Source: a virus
Taxonomy: Duplodnaviria; Caudoviricetes
DNA: 47,519 bases
IMG/VR virus record: IMGVR_UViG_3300032234_000260
Span: 1-47,519 of that record
Strand: one strand, 5' to 3'
Both the position numbers and the translations under genes were made by a program. This document shows, piece after piece, positions 35,701 to 44,737 of this stretch (position 1 is its first letter; each line of letters opens with the position of its first letter). The notes below the pieces were generated by a model. That model was not told the DNA's origin and did not search any database. It worked only from the letters and a program-made list of their open reading frames with translations.

Positions 35701-38700
35701 GGACTGACCTGCCTCGCCCCACTTAGCCCTAAACTCATCTGCACTAGTTCCAGCAATCTTTGCGAACTTAGCAAGATTCGGGCCACCCTCACCAACAGCT
35801 CGGTCAATCTTACCAAACAAACGGGTGAATACACCACGCGCTTGTTCAGCAGGCACACCGAGGGATGCAAGTGATGTTGAAAGACCAATAACTTCTGCAG
35901 GCAAAAGACCTACACGCTCAGAAACAGCCGCAATAGATTCTGCAAGTGACATAATCTGAGGTTCAGTAGCAACAGCGTTAACACCAGCATAAGCAATAGA
36001 TGCACCAAGGTTACTCATTTGATCTGATTCTAGCTTAGTAAGCTGGGCAATACGACCAAACTTTTCAGCAATAGTGTCTGCACTCATTCCAGTGATCGAT
36101 GCGAACTGAGAAACTGTTTCGGTAAACTTAACAATACCAGATGCGCCAATACCCATTTGAGCACCGAGTGTTGCAATACGAGAAAGCTCTTCTACTGTAA
36201 CAGGGATTCTTTCAGATAGTTTAATAAACTGCTCAAGCATTCCCTCAGTTTCATCGTTAAGCAATCCCATTGCACGCTCAACAGGCATGAATGCACTTTC
36301 GTATGAGCGATAAGCATCTGTAATGTTAAAAATTTGACGTGAAAGCATAAACATGCGGTTAGATACATTCTGGAAAGCGTTACCAACGTCATAGAGGGCG
36401 TAACGAGCTGTAACCCAAGTGTTAATCATGTTCTTGTTTGCAGACTCTACACGCTTCTCAGCGTCAACATATTCTTTCATCTGCGCTTTAATCTGATTAG
36501 AGAATACAGAACCTGCTTGCTGGTTGAATGGGTTTGCCATTTCAGTTCTACCAACTGGGAGGTTTGTCGCCTGTGAACCAGAGTAGCCTACAGTACTAAT
36601 TGCAACCGGAAGACTTGGCTGTCTGAGCATAGTTGACAATGTGGCATGCATCTTGTCAAGAGTCTTAGCCTCTTTAGCTCTTGCTGCGGCTTCTTGCTCA
36701 ACCTTGGCTACAGCTAGGGTGTAGTCGTCTACCAGTTCCCTGTTGATTTGATAAAGAGTCTTGGTGGAGGTTTTAGTTTCCGCCATTAATGTAGCTCTAA
36801 GAGCTAAGAATCTGTTGCCTCTCTCCAGCTCAGCTGTTTCTTTTTCTGTGCGAACAGATTGCTGAGAAAGTACGCCTACACGCTTTTCGGTTTGCACAGC
36901 AAGTGCGTCAACCATCTTTCTGATATCGGCATCGGCCTGCGCTGAATCAGCTGCAGTCCCAGATACTACAGCTTGAATTTGCTTATAAAGTCTTAGTACG
37001 TGCCCGAGTCTAGCCTCAGCGAGTGCAGCTTGTCCAGCTGGCGAAGCTTGCTGATCTGCCGCTCTAGTTTGCTCGACAAGAACCTGAGCCTCAAGACTTC
37101 TTTCTTGCATGTCAAAGCCGGCTTTACCACCTTTGCCCTTAGTCTTAGAAGGCTGTGCGTAAGGCATGGTTGAGGCGGAGTAAACGCTATTTGCAGGTAG
37201 CCAGCTATAGCCCGGAGTCTCCATAAGACTTCGGAACACTGGGCTGACTTGTCGCATAACTTCAGTAACAATAATCGAAGCGATTGCATCAGCTCGGGCT
37301 GTGTGAGCAGGGAGCTCCTTGCCATCAATCTTAATGGTGAATCCATTTTCACCAAACTTAACCATGTCAGCGTATGGGGCAGTTGCATCTTTAAAGTCTT
37401 CGAATAGTTTTTGAAGAAGCTTGCCTTGACCAAGATTACCCTTGTTTACATTAGCAAAGATAACACCCGGGTCTGTTACGTTTGCAGAACCCTGCATGGA
37501 TTGGAGAATCTTAGGGTTGTCAACAATGTTGCCTAAGCCACCAGTTAACCTTGCGTGAGAGCCTTGACTTGCTAAAAAGTCAACTGTATTTTGTAATTGT
37601 TTAAAGTCTGCGTTAAGCAGGTTGGAGCCAGTAAGCGGAATGCGTAACTGATCCAAAAGATTAATCAAAGCAAGAAGTGCTGAAATCTTTTTATCAAGCT
37701 CGGCTTTGTTTTGCTCCGCGTTTTTCAGATCTCCAAGTTGAGCTTCTGGTATTCCTAAAAGCCCTGCTCTTTCGTTAAACTTAGCCACGCTAGTAATCGC
37801 AGACTTAGAGCCTTCGCCTTGCACGAACATAGCCTGATTCATTCCAGCTACGCCCATGCCGCCTTCTGCTAAATAAGCAGGTCTGTGCATAAATGTCTGT
37901 AGGTCTAGATATTGGCCTAGCGCATTTTTAAGCACAAGGGATGATTCAAGAATTGTGCTCGCTTGGCCCTTGAGCTTATCTGTGAATTCAGTATCCCAAG
38001 CAGCAGTTATTTCACTTGCATTTTTCTTAAGGCTATCTGCAATAAAAACAAATACTTTATCGAAAACCTCTGCGCCCATAATGTTTTTAAGCTTTTGGAA
38101 TTCTGGGCTGTTATAAGCTCCACGCAACGCTTCAACTGCAGAGTTGGTTACATTTTCAACTACAGCTTGTCCAACTTCTTCAGATGCTGCTGCAGGTTTT
38201 GCTGTTGCGGTATTGTTGTTAACTATTGTTTTAGTCTGCTGCTCAATTTCTTTTTGCTGAGCTTTCATTTCTGCAAGAATTGCACGCAGAGCAGAAATTG
38301 GGACTTCACTGTCAGCCCACAGCGAGGTGCCCGCTCCCGGCATTACAGCAGGTCTTGACTGCGCTCCACCAGCAATGTTTGTTTGCCAAGCAGTGTTTAC
38401 TATGTTGTTATAGTCATTAGGTAGGAAAGCTTTTCCCATTGTGGCAAAGCCACCCTGTCTTAAGCCATACTTTTCTTCAAGTTGAGAAATCTTGCTAATA
38501 ATAGCTCTGTCAACATATTCCTGCATGTTGTCAAGTGCGCCAGTAGGGTCGCCAATCTGAAGCTCACCGTAGTTGCTCATCTGGTTGCTGATAACCTTTT
38601 CACCAGCAGCATAGGCTTGGTCACCTATAGATTTAAATATCTTAGTTATATAGTCGTCAAGCAGCTGGTTGAACATTGGCTCAAACTGATCGTTTGATAT

Positions 38701-39930
38701 GCCAGCTCCCATTTGCTGTTTGATCTGCTGGAATAGTTGATCTTTTTGATCTGGCTGATAAAATCCTGTATCCGTTGAGAATGGACTTATGCCACCACCC
38801 GGAGTTCTTGGGGTAGAGATAAGCATTGTCCCCATTGCTCGCTTTTGTTCTTCTGCCGCCTTAGCCGCAGCTTCTTCACGTCTTTTTTGTCTACGAGCAG
38901 CATTCTTGTCGTCTTTAGAATAGTCATAGTCTTGGAAAGTTTGATTTATGACATCGGATATTTGGTCGAAAGTAACGCCAAGTTCTTTTTCGATTTCTTT
39001 TTGAAGCGCTAGTCTTTCAGCTTCAGCAATCTCGGCTCTGCCACCTACGCCGGAAACCTTTGTCATTGCCTCTCTTACGGCAACTAGGAATGTTTGCGGG
39101 CTTATGATTGGGGTTCCACCCGGTCCAGCAGTAAAGTCTTGTAACGCCAGCTTCAGCTGGTCGGCAGATAGACCGGTTTCGCGCTTTGAGAGTCTACCTC
39201 CGTTTTGTAGCACAGAGATGATTTGGTCGTTTAGTTGGAAATCAGATGTTTGTCCTGTGTTAGCCATCGCATCAGACATGAATGTCTTACCAATAATGTC
39301 AGACATTTTCTTAGCTTCAGAGTTTAGCCACTCAGCCTGCGCCTTACGCATCTCATCTTGAAGCAGGTCTCCCCACGCACCAAGGTCTTCTTGGATACTG
39401 CCAGCAAAACCCGGTTCAAAAATATCTTGAAGACTAAGTTTTTTAAGTTCGTCTTCTGCAACTGTAAGACCGCCAACAATAAAGTCTTTAATCCCAGTAA
39501 AGCCCATGCCCTTTAGTGAGTCTAGAATTGCTTTACGGATTGCTGCCGCATCTTGACCAGAAGGCGCTAGTTGGTCGATTGGAAGGTATCTGTCTCCACC
39601 AGACTTGTTAGCTCTGACGCGCTTTTGCTCAGCCTCGTATCCAGTTGATCTAATTGGTGATAATGAGGGTGTGCCAGTCCTGACATCAATAGAAAATTTA
39701 TAGCCAGCTTTTGCGGCTCTTTCGAATGCATTACTAAAAGCAGTTTCTAAAGAGTCTTCAATACCCTTAAATGATGCTGGTCTTTTGCTACCAATTGAGC
39801 CGAACTTCTCGGAGATTAAGTCAACAGCTGTACCTAAACTAGCAATGTCGTCTTTGGCTTTTTTAATACTGTCGGCATCAATGCCAACAGATACATCAAT
39901 ATTGGCACTTAGGTTTTCGTCGTTAGCCAA
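32740..39930 (-). CDS. Tape measure protein (2396 aa) with putative embedded DEDDh nuclease domain
   Basis: Longest ORF, follows the tail chaperones, Ala-rich helical, TMP core (YESAF..VER, LGAQMGI) and hydrophobic segments. Confidence 0.92.
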   Translation of the reverse strand: MANDENLSANIDVSVGIDADSIKKAKDDIASLGTAVDLISEKFGSIGSKRPASFKGIEDSLETAFSNAFERAAKAGYKFSIDVRTGTPSLSPIRSTGYEAEQKRVRANKSGGDRYLPIDQLAPSGQDAAAIRKAILDSLKGMGFTGIKDFIVGGLTVAEDELKKLSLQDIFEPGFAGSIQEDLGAWGDLLQDEMRKAQAEWLNSEAKKMSDIIGKTFMSDAMANTGQTSDFQLNDQIISVLQNGGRLSKRETGLSADQLKLALQDFTAGPGGTPIISPQTFLVAVREAMTKVSGVGGRAEIAEAERLALQKEIEKELGVTFDQISDVINQTFQDYDYSKDDKNAARRQKRREEAAAKAAEEQKRAMGTMLISTPRTPGGGISPFSTDTGFYQPDQKDQLFQQIKQQMGAGISNDQFEPMFNQLLDDYITKIFKSIGDQAYAAGEKVISNQMSNYGELQIGDPTGALDNMQEYVDRAIISKISQLEEKYGLRQGGFATMGKAFLPNDYNNIVNTAWQTNIAGGAQSRPAVMPGAGTSLWADSEVPISALRAILAEMKAQQKEIEQQTKTIVNNNTATAKPAAASEEVGQAVVENVTNSAVEALRGAYNSPEFQKLKNIMGAEVFDKVFVFIADSLKKNASEITAAWDTEFTDKLKGQASTILESSLVLKNALGQYLDLQTFMHRPAYLAEGGMGVAGMNQAMFVQGEGSKSAITSVAKFNERAGLLGIPEAQLGDLKNAEQNKAELDKKISALLALINLLDQLRIPLTGSNLLNADFKQLQNTVDFLASQGSHARLTGGLGNIVDNPKILQSMQGSANVTDPGVIFANVNKGNLGQGKLLQKLFEDFKDATAPYADMVKFGENGFTIKIDGKELPAHTARADAIASIIVTEVMRQVSPVFRSLMETPGYSWLPANSVYSASTMPYAQPSKTKGKGGKAGFDMQERSLEAQVLVEQTRAADQQASPAGQAALAEARLGHVLRLYKQIQAVVSGTAADSAQADADIRKMVDALAVQTEKRVGVLSQQSVRTEKETAELERGNRFLALRATLMAETKTSTKTLYQINRELVDDYTLAVAKVEQEAAARAKEAKTLDKMHATLSTMLRQPSLPVAISTVGYSGSQATNLPVGRTEMANPFNQQAGSVFSNQIKAQMKEYVDAEKRVESANKNMINTWVTARYALYDVGNAFQNVSNRMFMLSRQIFNITDAYRSYESAFMPVERAMGLLNDETEGMLEQFIKLSERIPVTVEELSRIATLGAQMGIGASGIVKFTETVSQFASITGMSADTIAEKFGRIAQLTKLESDQMSNLGASIAYAGVNAVATEPQIMSLAESIAAVSERVGLLPAEVIGLSTSLASLGVPAEQARGVFTRLFGKIDRAVGEGGPNLAKFAKIAGTSADEFRAKWGEAGQSYELIRGILQGINDSGKDLTKVFDELNIVETREINTLTRLSKNLDVVDSTMSDATKAFKSNIFLQQAFAKSSETVDAKIKLFQNSLQSFGAEVGKNLAGSFKSVLGVLTDLMNGLKVLAGNEIMQTLASLSTGIVAFGGVGAGFIAVMTKITAQIYAFRVAMVNTANDPTAVTGFGKQIRALLNYNTELIEMRDQLQSPNAAARGQIQPIAYGITTTKEDRGSYLQKESKIYRATGQELRRQIDAIAVSEGTLTAVRKESNVTASEQLMFARMEADSINQIVRARALEINALDAEISKKVQSGTISAENGAAIMNEARARQINVIAIDGKIRALTQEEVLNARGYASSGVITKQKYEEAAARMANSKAIDLETRAGAVGAAGVLGGIGSKLLSIASWAGIALTVATTITGIVVSMNAAAEAANKIDLLESGGGLASLRDAIAKDTVEYNKSGKAIGLVKVKYDEYSATLNKNAAAVQEATGTTVEMNSQTASLTSEVKTQTMALGENAKAWIANSLAANSKVKEMFDQYPTIIKDLKSQGIDFRGVIENMMNPKIKNPLAGVDKAISDLKTKSTRLFREELSETSTSSEVYGKALMPSGERKRVDAQIAQLEKFRAVLKGIGSAISAATGQSAFQDIINSILGISEAADGANESLERTVKTTRQWASEVAGIFGEAFQNRFGRTQALDNINKQWLDMRKSVDDARKAIDDILVSIQQMSADRGILQTQLDVAVRYGDTVRADKLRAEIAQKDNEIADAQAQINEQNKALNKTLVGDSVTAIENRSQILSMLQNYDPYIEQILATSKSSTEAKKSIAVLKQEFMDNATAIGFSAEELDRYAKKFDDMLTIVTYKPRDITLKLVDQPALDAIRSFVAQANGSLSKIKGAIVIDVKPVSQGTGILSRTRTDGGLDFMNSLNQQRVGYTPSATRAGLNNSGNDSQMVYLSPEDRALLRSALDRPVNLYTENTKIAQSANAGNVLLAQRGTN

Positions 39931-39963
39931 TTCAGCTCCTAAAGATAGTATTAATTACTTATA

Positions 39964-40404
39964 TTATACAGCATCAATCTGCATAGATTCTTCAGCTAAA
40001 GCCTTATAATATGACATTCTAGATGGCATATCGCCCCCGTCATAAGTGTATGCTACCGCGTAGTCGGTTTCACCATACGTCTTAGTTTTTGACTTTCTTT
40101 TCTCTTGCTGTTCGTAGTGTTTTTCAAGCTCTGCTTTAGCAAAACATTTTGACGTTTTAATTTTAAAACCAACATTAGAAGCATTTTCATTTCTACATAT
40201 CCATATAGGATTACCACAATGGCCGCAGGTTTCATCTTTCAAAATCTGATACGCCTCTAAAAGAAGGAAGTCAAACTTTGTCCACACTTCGTTTGGTTGT
40301 TCGTGAAACAGCATTGCGCAGGGACGTATACCGTTTTCTATTGCAGCCCTAAGTCTTGTAACATAAACCCTGTTACTGTTCCAAGTTAGGACCTCTGTAA
40401 AAAA
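39964..40404 (-). CDS. Tail assembly chaperone, -1 frameshift extension (gpGT-like)
   Basis: The -1 frame is open from the slippery site T TTT TTA (40404-40398) through FTEVLTWNSNRVYVTRLRAAIENGIRPCA into the 39964..40314 ORF. Confidence 0.85.
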   Translation of the reverse strand, partial: FFTEVLTWNSNRVYVTRLRAAIENGIRPCAMLFHEQPNEVWTKFDFLLLEAYQILKDETCGHCGNPIWICRNENASNVGFKIKTSKCFAKAELEKHYEQQEKRKSKTKTYGETDYAVAYTYDGGDMPSRMSYYKALAEESMQIDAV

Positions 40405-40988
40405 CCTGCATCCGTAAGTTGCTCAAAGTAGCCACCGGCAAGAGTAAGTTTCTGCATAGCCTCAACAAGCTTTGCCCACTCGTTAGAAGGGATGTTCTTG
40501 CGAAGCTCTTCGATCTTGTCGTAGTCAAACTTAACTGAATCAACGTTGCCACTACCATCTGCAACTTGCTCAATGTTCTCTGCTACTAGCAATGTGACGT
40601 AATCTTTAAACCACGCAGGGTTGCCTAGTGGATCCTCGTCTTTGCCAATACCATGCTTCTTGTTGCAGTCTTCCAGCACACGTTCGATAGTTGCCTGACT
40701 TACTCCACGCATGGAGAACACCAAAGCAGATTGCTTGATCTTTTCTGAAAGCATTTGTGCCTCAGCCTCTAGCTTTTCAACTTCCTTAGCATCAAGACTT
40801 ACGTTAATCAGATCATTAATCTCGACTAGCCTAAGAGCAGTCTCATCATCTAGGTAAATTACAATATCTTTCTTAGGGTAAGCACGACCCTTGATAGCAT
40901 CCGCTAAACTAAAGACTTTAGTTGACTGAGCCTCCTCAACAAGCTTTAATGCTTCTTGAACCTCAGTTGGTTGTGTGTTTTCGCTCAT
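40386..40988 (-). CDS. Tail assembly chaperone (gpG-like)
   Basis: Between the tail tube and tape measure genes, ends at a slippery heptamer. Confidence 0.85.
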   Translation of the reverse strand: MSENTQPTEVQEALKLVEEAQSTKVFSLADAIKGRAYPKKDIVIYLDDETALRLVEINDLINVSLDAKEVEKLEAEAQMLSEKIKQSALVFSMRGVSQATIERVLEDCNKKHGIGKDEDPLGNPAWFKDYVTLLVAENIEQVADGSGNVDSVKFDYDKIEELRKNIPSNEWAKLVEAMQKLTLAGGYFEQLTDAGFLQRS

Positions 40989-41035
40989 TATTCTTTCCTT
41001 TAACCCGTTATTTATGCGCCTTTTGTTTTATAAGA

Positions 41036-41071
41036 TGGGGAGAGGGAAATGGGCGCAAACCCTCTCCCCAC
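41036..41071 (-). terminator. Hairpin after the major tail gene (attenuator/terminator)
   Basis: TGGGGAGAGGG/CCCTCTCCCCA inverted repeat with a weak U tract. Confidence 0.6.
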
Positions 41072-41079
41072 CAGTCTAA

Positions 41080-42405
41080 TTACGCCTGAACAGTTCTCGC
41101 AACAGACATCAAGCCCTGAGGCACGAAGTTAACCATGAACTTAATGCTGTCTTCGCCAGCAGTGTCATCCATAGTCGCGTCTGCGATAAACTTAAAGACG
41201 TTAACCTCGTCACCAGTCGCTACAGCAGTAGAAACTGGAACGTTAGTGCGAACAACCATGTAACCATTTGGTCTAGTAACACCAGTTGAAGCTCTGAATG
41301 TGTCGTAGGCCAATGAGTATGATGTTGCAAATGTGATGCTAGCACCTGAAGCTGCAGTACCTGAAGCAGATAGTGTAACTGTGGTGTTTGTTGAGAAGGA
41401 GAATGAAACCACTCTGCTTCCAGCAGCAATACCAGTACCAGTAACAAGCTGTCCGATTTCTAGGTTAGAGGTTACGTCACCTGCGAAGGCTAGTGTAACA
41501 CCTGACTGAGCAGCGTTTGTAGCAGCTGTGTAAGTCGGTCTTGTTCCTCTGAAGAAGTTTAGCGCAGCATCGAACTGTGCGAAACCTCTGTTCTGAGCTG
41601 CACCGGTGTCAATGATTGAACGGTCGTCAATCTTGTTTGAGTCATTTGCACCAAGTGCAAAGCTGTCCCAAGCAATAGCTTCGGTTAGATCAATTGTGGT
41701 TGTCTTTGCAAAGTCGGCAATCTTTGGACCCTGAGCAAACAGCTGAGCTTCAGTGTTTGTTAGAGTACCTAGTGGAACCCACCATGCACGAATACGTCCG
41801 TTAGACATTGCCTTTGTACCTACAGTAGCCTTAAGAGTTGGACCCGCACCTGCAGTTCCAGCGCTAACTGTGATGTTAGTAGCAACCTCACCTGTGGTTA
41901 GGAATCTTGCACCTAGACGGATCATTCCACCATCGCTGTAGATGTCCTGACCAAAGTCAGTGGTAACACCAAATACGCTAACAATGTCGCCAACTGCGAA
42001 TGCTGCGTCATGTGCCTTACCAATACGCTTGATTAGGTAGTACTTTCTATCTGCAGTCTGGAATAGGTTCTTGAAGTCGTTGTAGACTGATGAAGCAGCT
42101 AGGTTAACGTCGCGGAATCCATCCATTGAAGCTGAGTAGTTGTTAAATGTTGGGGTAACAACGTTTGCGTTGTCAACGATAGCTAGTGAGTTATCGCTTT
42201 GTGAATCTGTTAGACCCAGTGTGTAGTCGTCAGTGATAGCTGGCGAAATGTTTACAACACCTGCGGTTAGTACGTTGCCTGTAAAAGTAGCAGCGGTTGT
42301 AACCTGAGCAAGAGTAATCGCAGAAGTTCCGGTAATACCGGCTGGGAATACGCTTTCATGTGCAACATAGATACCTACGTTTGGGCGAAGAAGTTTTGCT
42401 GGCAT
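41080..42405 (-). CDS. Major tail (tube) protein with internal duplication
   Basis: Position upstream of the chaperones, two similar halves. Confidence 0.85.
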   Translation of the reverse strand: MPAKLLRPNVGIYVAHESVFPAGITGTSAITLAQVTTAATFTGNVLTAGVVNISPAITDDYTLGLTDSQSDNSLAIVDNANVVTPTFNNYSASMDGFRDVNLAASSVYNDFKNLFQTADRKYYLIKRIGKAHDAAFAVGDIVSVFGVTTDFGQDIYSDGGMIRLGARFLTTGEVATNITVSAGTAGAGPTLKATVGTKAMSNGRIRAWWVPLGTLTNTEAQLFAQGPKIADFAKTTTIDLTEAIAWDSFALGANDSNKIDDRSIIDTGAAQNRGFAQFDAALNFFRGTRPTYTAATNAAQSGVTLAFAGDVTSNLEIGQLVTGTGIAAGSRVVSFSFSTNTTVTLSASGTAASGASITFATSYSLAYDTFRASTGVTRPNGYMVVRTNVPVSTAVATGDEVNVFKFIADATMDDTAGEDSIKFMVNFVPQGLMSVARTVQA

Positions 42406-42422
42406 CTTCTATCCTCTATTCT

Positions 42423-42596
42423 TTACTTAGTAGTTTCTGGAGCGGTTTGCTCCTTTTTTGCGCTGTCTTTTGCAGCCTCTACAGGAGTTTCTTCTCCAGT
42501 GTAAGCTTCCCAGTCAGCCCCTAGAATTGGGTGCTCTAGGTAGTGGTCAGGAACGTTGGTTACTGAACCGGTGATTTTGTTTTTAACAAGAGCCAT
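42423..42596 (-). CDS. Small hypothetical protein (57 aa, not in ORF track)
   Basis: MALVKNKITGSVTNVPDHYLEHPILGADWE..., with AAAGGA SD. Confidence 0.7.
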   Translation of the reverse strand: MALVKNKITGSVTNVPDHYLEHPILGADWEAYTGEETPVEAAKDSAKKEQTAPETTK

Positions 42597-42658
42597 GATT
42601 TCCTTTCAATCATATTTTGTCAAAGTGGAGCAAAATATAAGAAGTATTAGTTCATATA

Positions 42659-43090
42659 CTATGATACCACACTTGTGTTTACGGCATACCTAAAGGTTAC
42701 TTCAGCTATGTATTTTACTGGCTTTGATGTCATGTCTGGAGTAAGAAAACGGCTATTATTAATAGGCATTAACGGTCCAGCATCAATCGGTTGATAACCA
42801 GCAAGCTTGTCTCGCACAAGGTCAGCTACTTGACGAGATGATCTCTCAGTAGGTCCTACGCATTGAATTATAACAAAAGATTCGCCTAAGTCTTGGCGCA
42901 CAGAAACTATGCCCCTAGCGTCCAGTGAGCGTGCATATCCGCCAAAGAATGGTACAGTAAAAGGAAGCATAAGGCCATTTGCGTACTCTAGGTTAGCGTC
43001 GTCTGGCACACCATTCTCGTAAACTGTTTGTGGCAGTTCCTTGAGTTTATCTACGATTTGGTCTTGCACTGGAAGTATAGATAGTGACAT
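42659..43090 (-). CDS. Probable tail terminator protein
   Basis: 143 aa, position before the tail tube gene. Confidence 0.65.
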   Translation of the reverse strand: MSLSILPVQDQIVDKLKELPQTVYENGVPDDANLEYANGLMLPFTVPFFGGYARSLDARGIVSVRQDLGESFVIIQCVGPTERSSRQVADLVRDKLAGYQPIDAGPLMPINNSRFLTPDMTSKPVKYIAEVTFRYAVNTSVVS

Positions 43091-43656
43091 TATTTGTATC
43101 CTCGTTTCGCAAAAATTTGGTCTAGTGCTTCTTTAGCTGCTTGAACACCAGCCCTCTGAGAAAACATACCCGGAACCATATCGCCTTCGTTGTTAAAGCC
43201 GTATTCTTGCATCATAAAGTATTTAGGGTCAGAACGCCAACCCGGACCATCAGGCATTCTTTTGCCTTTGGTTGTCGGGCTCATTGGAGCATCTTTAATA
43301 ACGCCAGAGCTATCTAAAGGCCAACCAAAAGAAGCCACAGCACTAGAGCGCCTTCTTCTATCTTGGTTAGCAACGATCTTTCCATAAGTTCTAGCAATAC
43401 TCTCAAACATTGTTCCGGTTTCGTATCTAGCACTTAGAGAAGCATTGCCTCTTTGCTTGTTTATTGCTTCATGCCAACTTGTGCCAGTCGGGCTGTTCAA
43501 AACCTTATCTCTCATGGCTTCAGCGCCCTTGTAGGCGGCATATCCGACAGCTCGACGTACGAATTCTGATTCTTTTGCAACTCGGGCGTTTACGAGCCGA
43601 TTAAACTCGTTTCCGACTGCAATATTGAGCTTCAGTCCGTAACTTTTCCTAGGCAT
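43090..43656 (-). CDS. Neck/tail completion protein (HK97 gp10-like position)
   Basis: Basic protein with RYETGTMFESI and YFMMQEYG motifs. Confidence 0.6.
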   Translation of the reverse strand: MPRKSYGLKLNIAVGNEFNRLVNARVAKESEFVRRAVGYAAYKGAEAMRDKVLNSPTGTSWHEAINKQRGNASLSARYETGTMFESIARTYGKIVANQDRRRRSSAVASFGWPLDSSGVIKDAPMSPTTKGKRMPDGPGWRSDPKYFMMQEYGFNNEGDMVPGMFSQRAGVQAAKEALDQIFAKRGYK

Positions 43657-44134
43657 TGTTTGGATTCAATTCTTGGTTAACTTCGCACAGTAACTGTCTG
43701 TGCCAAGGATTAGAACTGTTAACAACTGAGCGCACAGTAAAGTCAAAGTTCACTAGGTTAGGGTCTAGTGGGGATTCTGTAACAACCATCTTATAACCCG
43801 GACGAATATCTGGCATTGCACCACCACTACCAAGTAGCTGATTCTCTTTAAGTCCAATATTAACTTCAACAATTTGTCTTGCACCCGGGTCAATTGCATT
43901 GATAATGCTTCCATTAGTTCCAGCAGTTGCAGTTGCGTTACGAGGCTGAATCCTAGCCTTACCAACCCAAACAACATCTTGGTTGTGTGTCCAAGTGTTT
44001 GTCACAGGATTGTAAACATTGTCTTTAGAGTTTGGGTTAAAAATCTCTACAGTCGCAAATCTAAAAGCCTTGTCAACGCCAAGGTTATAGTCAATCCATC
44101 TTGGGTCAACTGGACCCCTAGTATTTATACCCAA
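43649..44134 (-). CDS. Probable head-to-tail stopper
   Basis: YNPVT..W, VWVGKARIQP, position after the adaptor. Confidence 0.65.
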   Translation of the reverse strand: MGINTRGPVDPRWIDYNLGVDKAFRFATVEIFNPNSKDNVYNPVTNTWTHNQDVVWVGKARIQPRNATATAGTNGSIINAIDPGARQIVEVNIGLKENQLLGSGGAMPDIRPGYKMVVTESPLDPNLVNFDFTVRSVVNSSNPWHRQLLCEVNQELNPNNA

Positions 44135-44520
44135 TCGCCGTCATCCTTAATAGTAGGAGTGACAATTGTAAAGACATCGTATGAATCATATAGTTCATCT
44201 CTATCGGCATCTTTTTGCAACTGATCTGCCTGTGCACGAAGTTCGGCACCAAGCTTAGCTCCGTCTGTAGCAAAGTCGTAGCTTCTAATAACTTTGTTTA
44301 TAAGAGCTTCAGAAGTTGCTAAAGTTAGCTTAGCTTGCGCAGCAGAACGCTTGACATTATTCTTGTTCATTGACAAGAACGCCTGAATCTGAGCGTCGTT
44401 AAAAATGTATTCAGCGGCAGCAGAAGGGTCGGCTAGATTATCGAGCTGCTCGACATCTGGAATTAGAAGTCTTACCTGACCGATTGCTGTACTGTAATTT
44501 GGGGGAGTAATATCTGGCAT
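44125..44520 (-). CDS. Head-to-tail adaptor
   Basis: IGQVRLLIPD, IFNDAQIQAFL and TDGAKLGAELRAQA. Confidence 0.75.
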   Translation of the reverse strand: MPDITPPNYSTAIGQVRLLIPDVEQLDNLADPSAAAEYIFNDAQIQAFLSMNKNNVKRSAAQAKLTLATSEALINKVIRSYDFATDGAKLGAELRAQADQLQKDADRDELYDSYDVFTIVTPTIKDDGDWV

Positions 44521-44524
44521 ATCT

Positions 44525-44737
44525 CTATTGTACCTTACTTATAATTGCATTAATCTCATCGTGAGTTAATCCGAGTGCTTCTAGTTTTGCAAAAGCAGAT
44601 TGCCTATTCAGCTCTTCTTGAGTAGGCTCAGGATCTTCAATTTCGTAGTGCTCTACTACATTGTTAAGTGGGTGGTCATGGGTGCTGTCGCAATCTTCGC
44701 AAAAACCACCAATGCCATAAACGATAATCGTACTCAT
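44525..44737 (-). CDS. Small fibre-associated protein
   Basis: YGIGGFC..CD..HDHPLNN and SAFAKLEALGLT.DEI, coupled to the collagen gene. Confidence 0.6.
   Translation of the reverse strand: MSTIIVYGIGGFCEDCDSTHDHPLNNVVEHYEIEDPEPTQEELNRQSAFAKLEALGLTHDEINAIISKVQ

Noticed and set aside
40373-40573. +1 frame ORF as the frameshift product
   Set aside because: It stops within a few codons of the slippery site. Only the -1 frame joins the downstream ORF.
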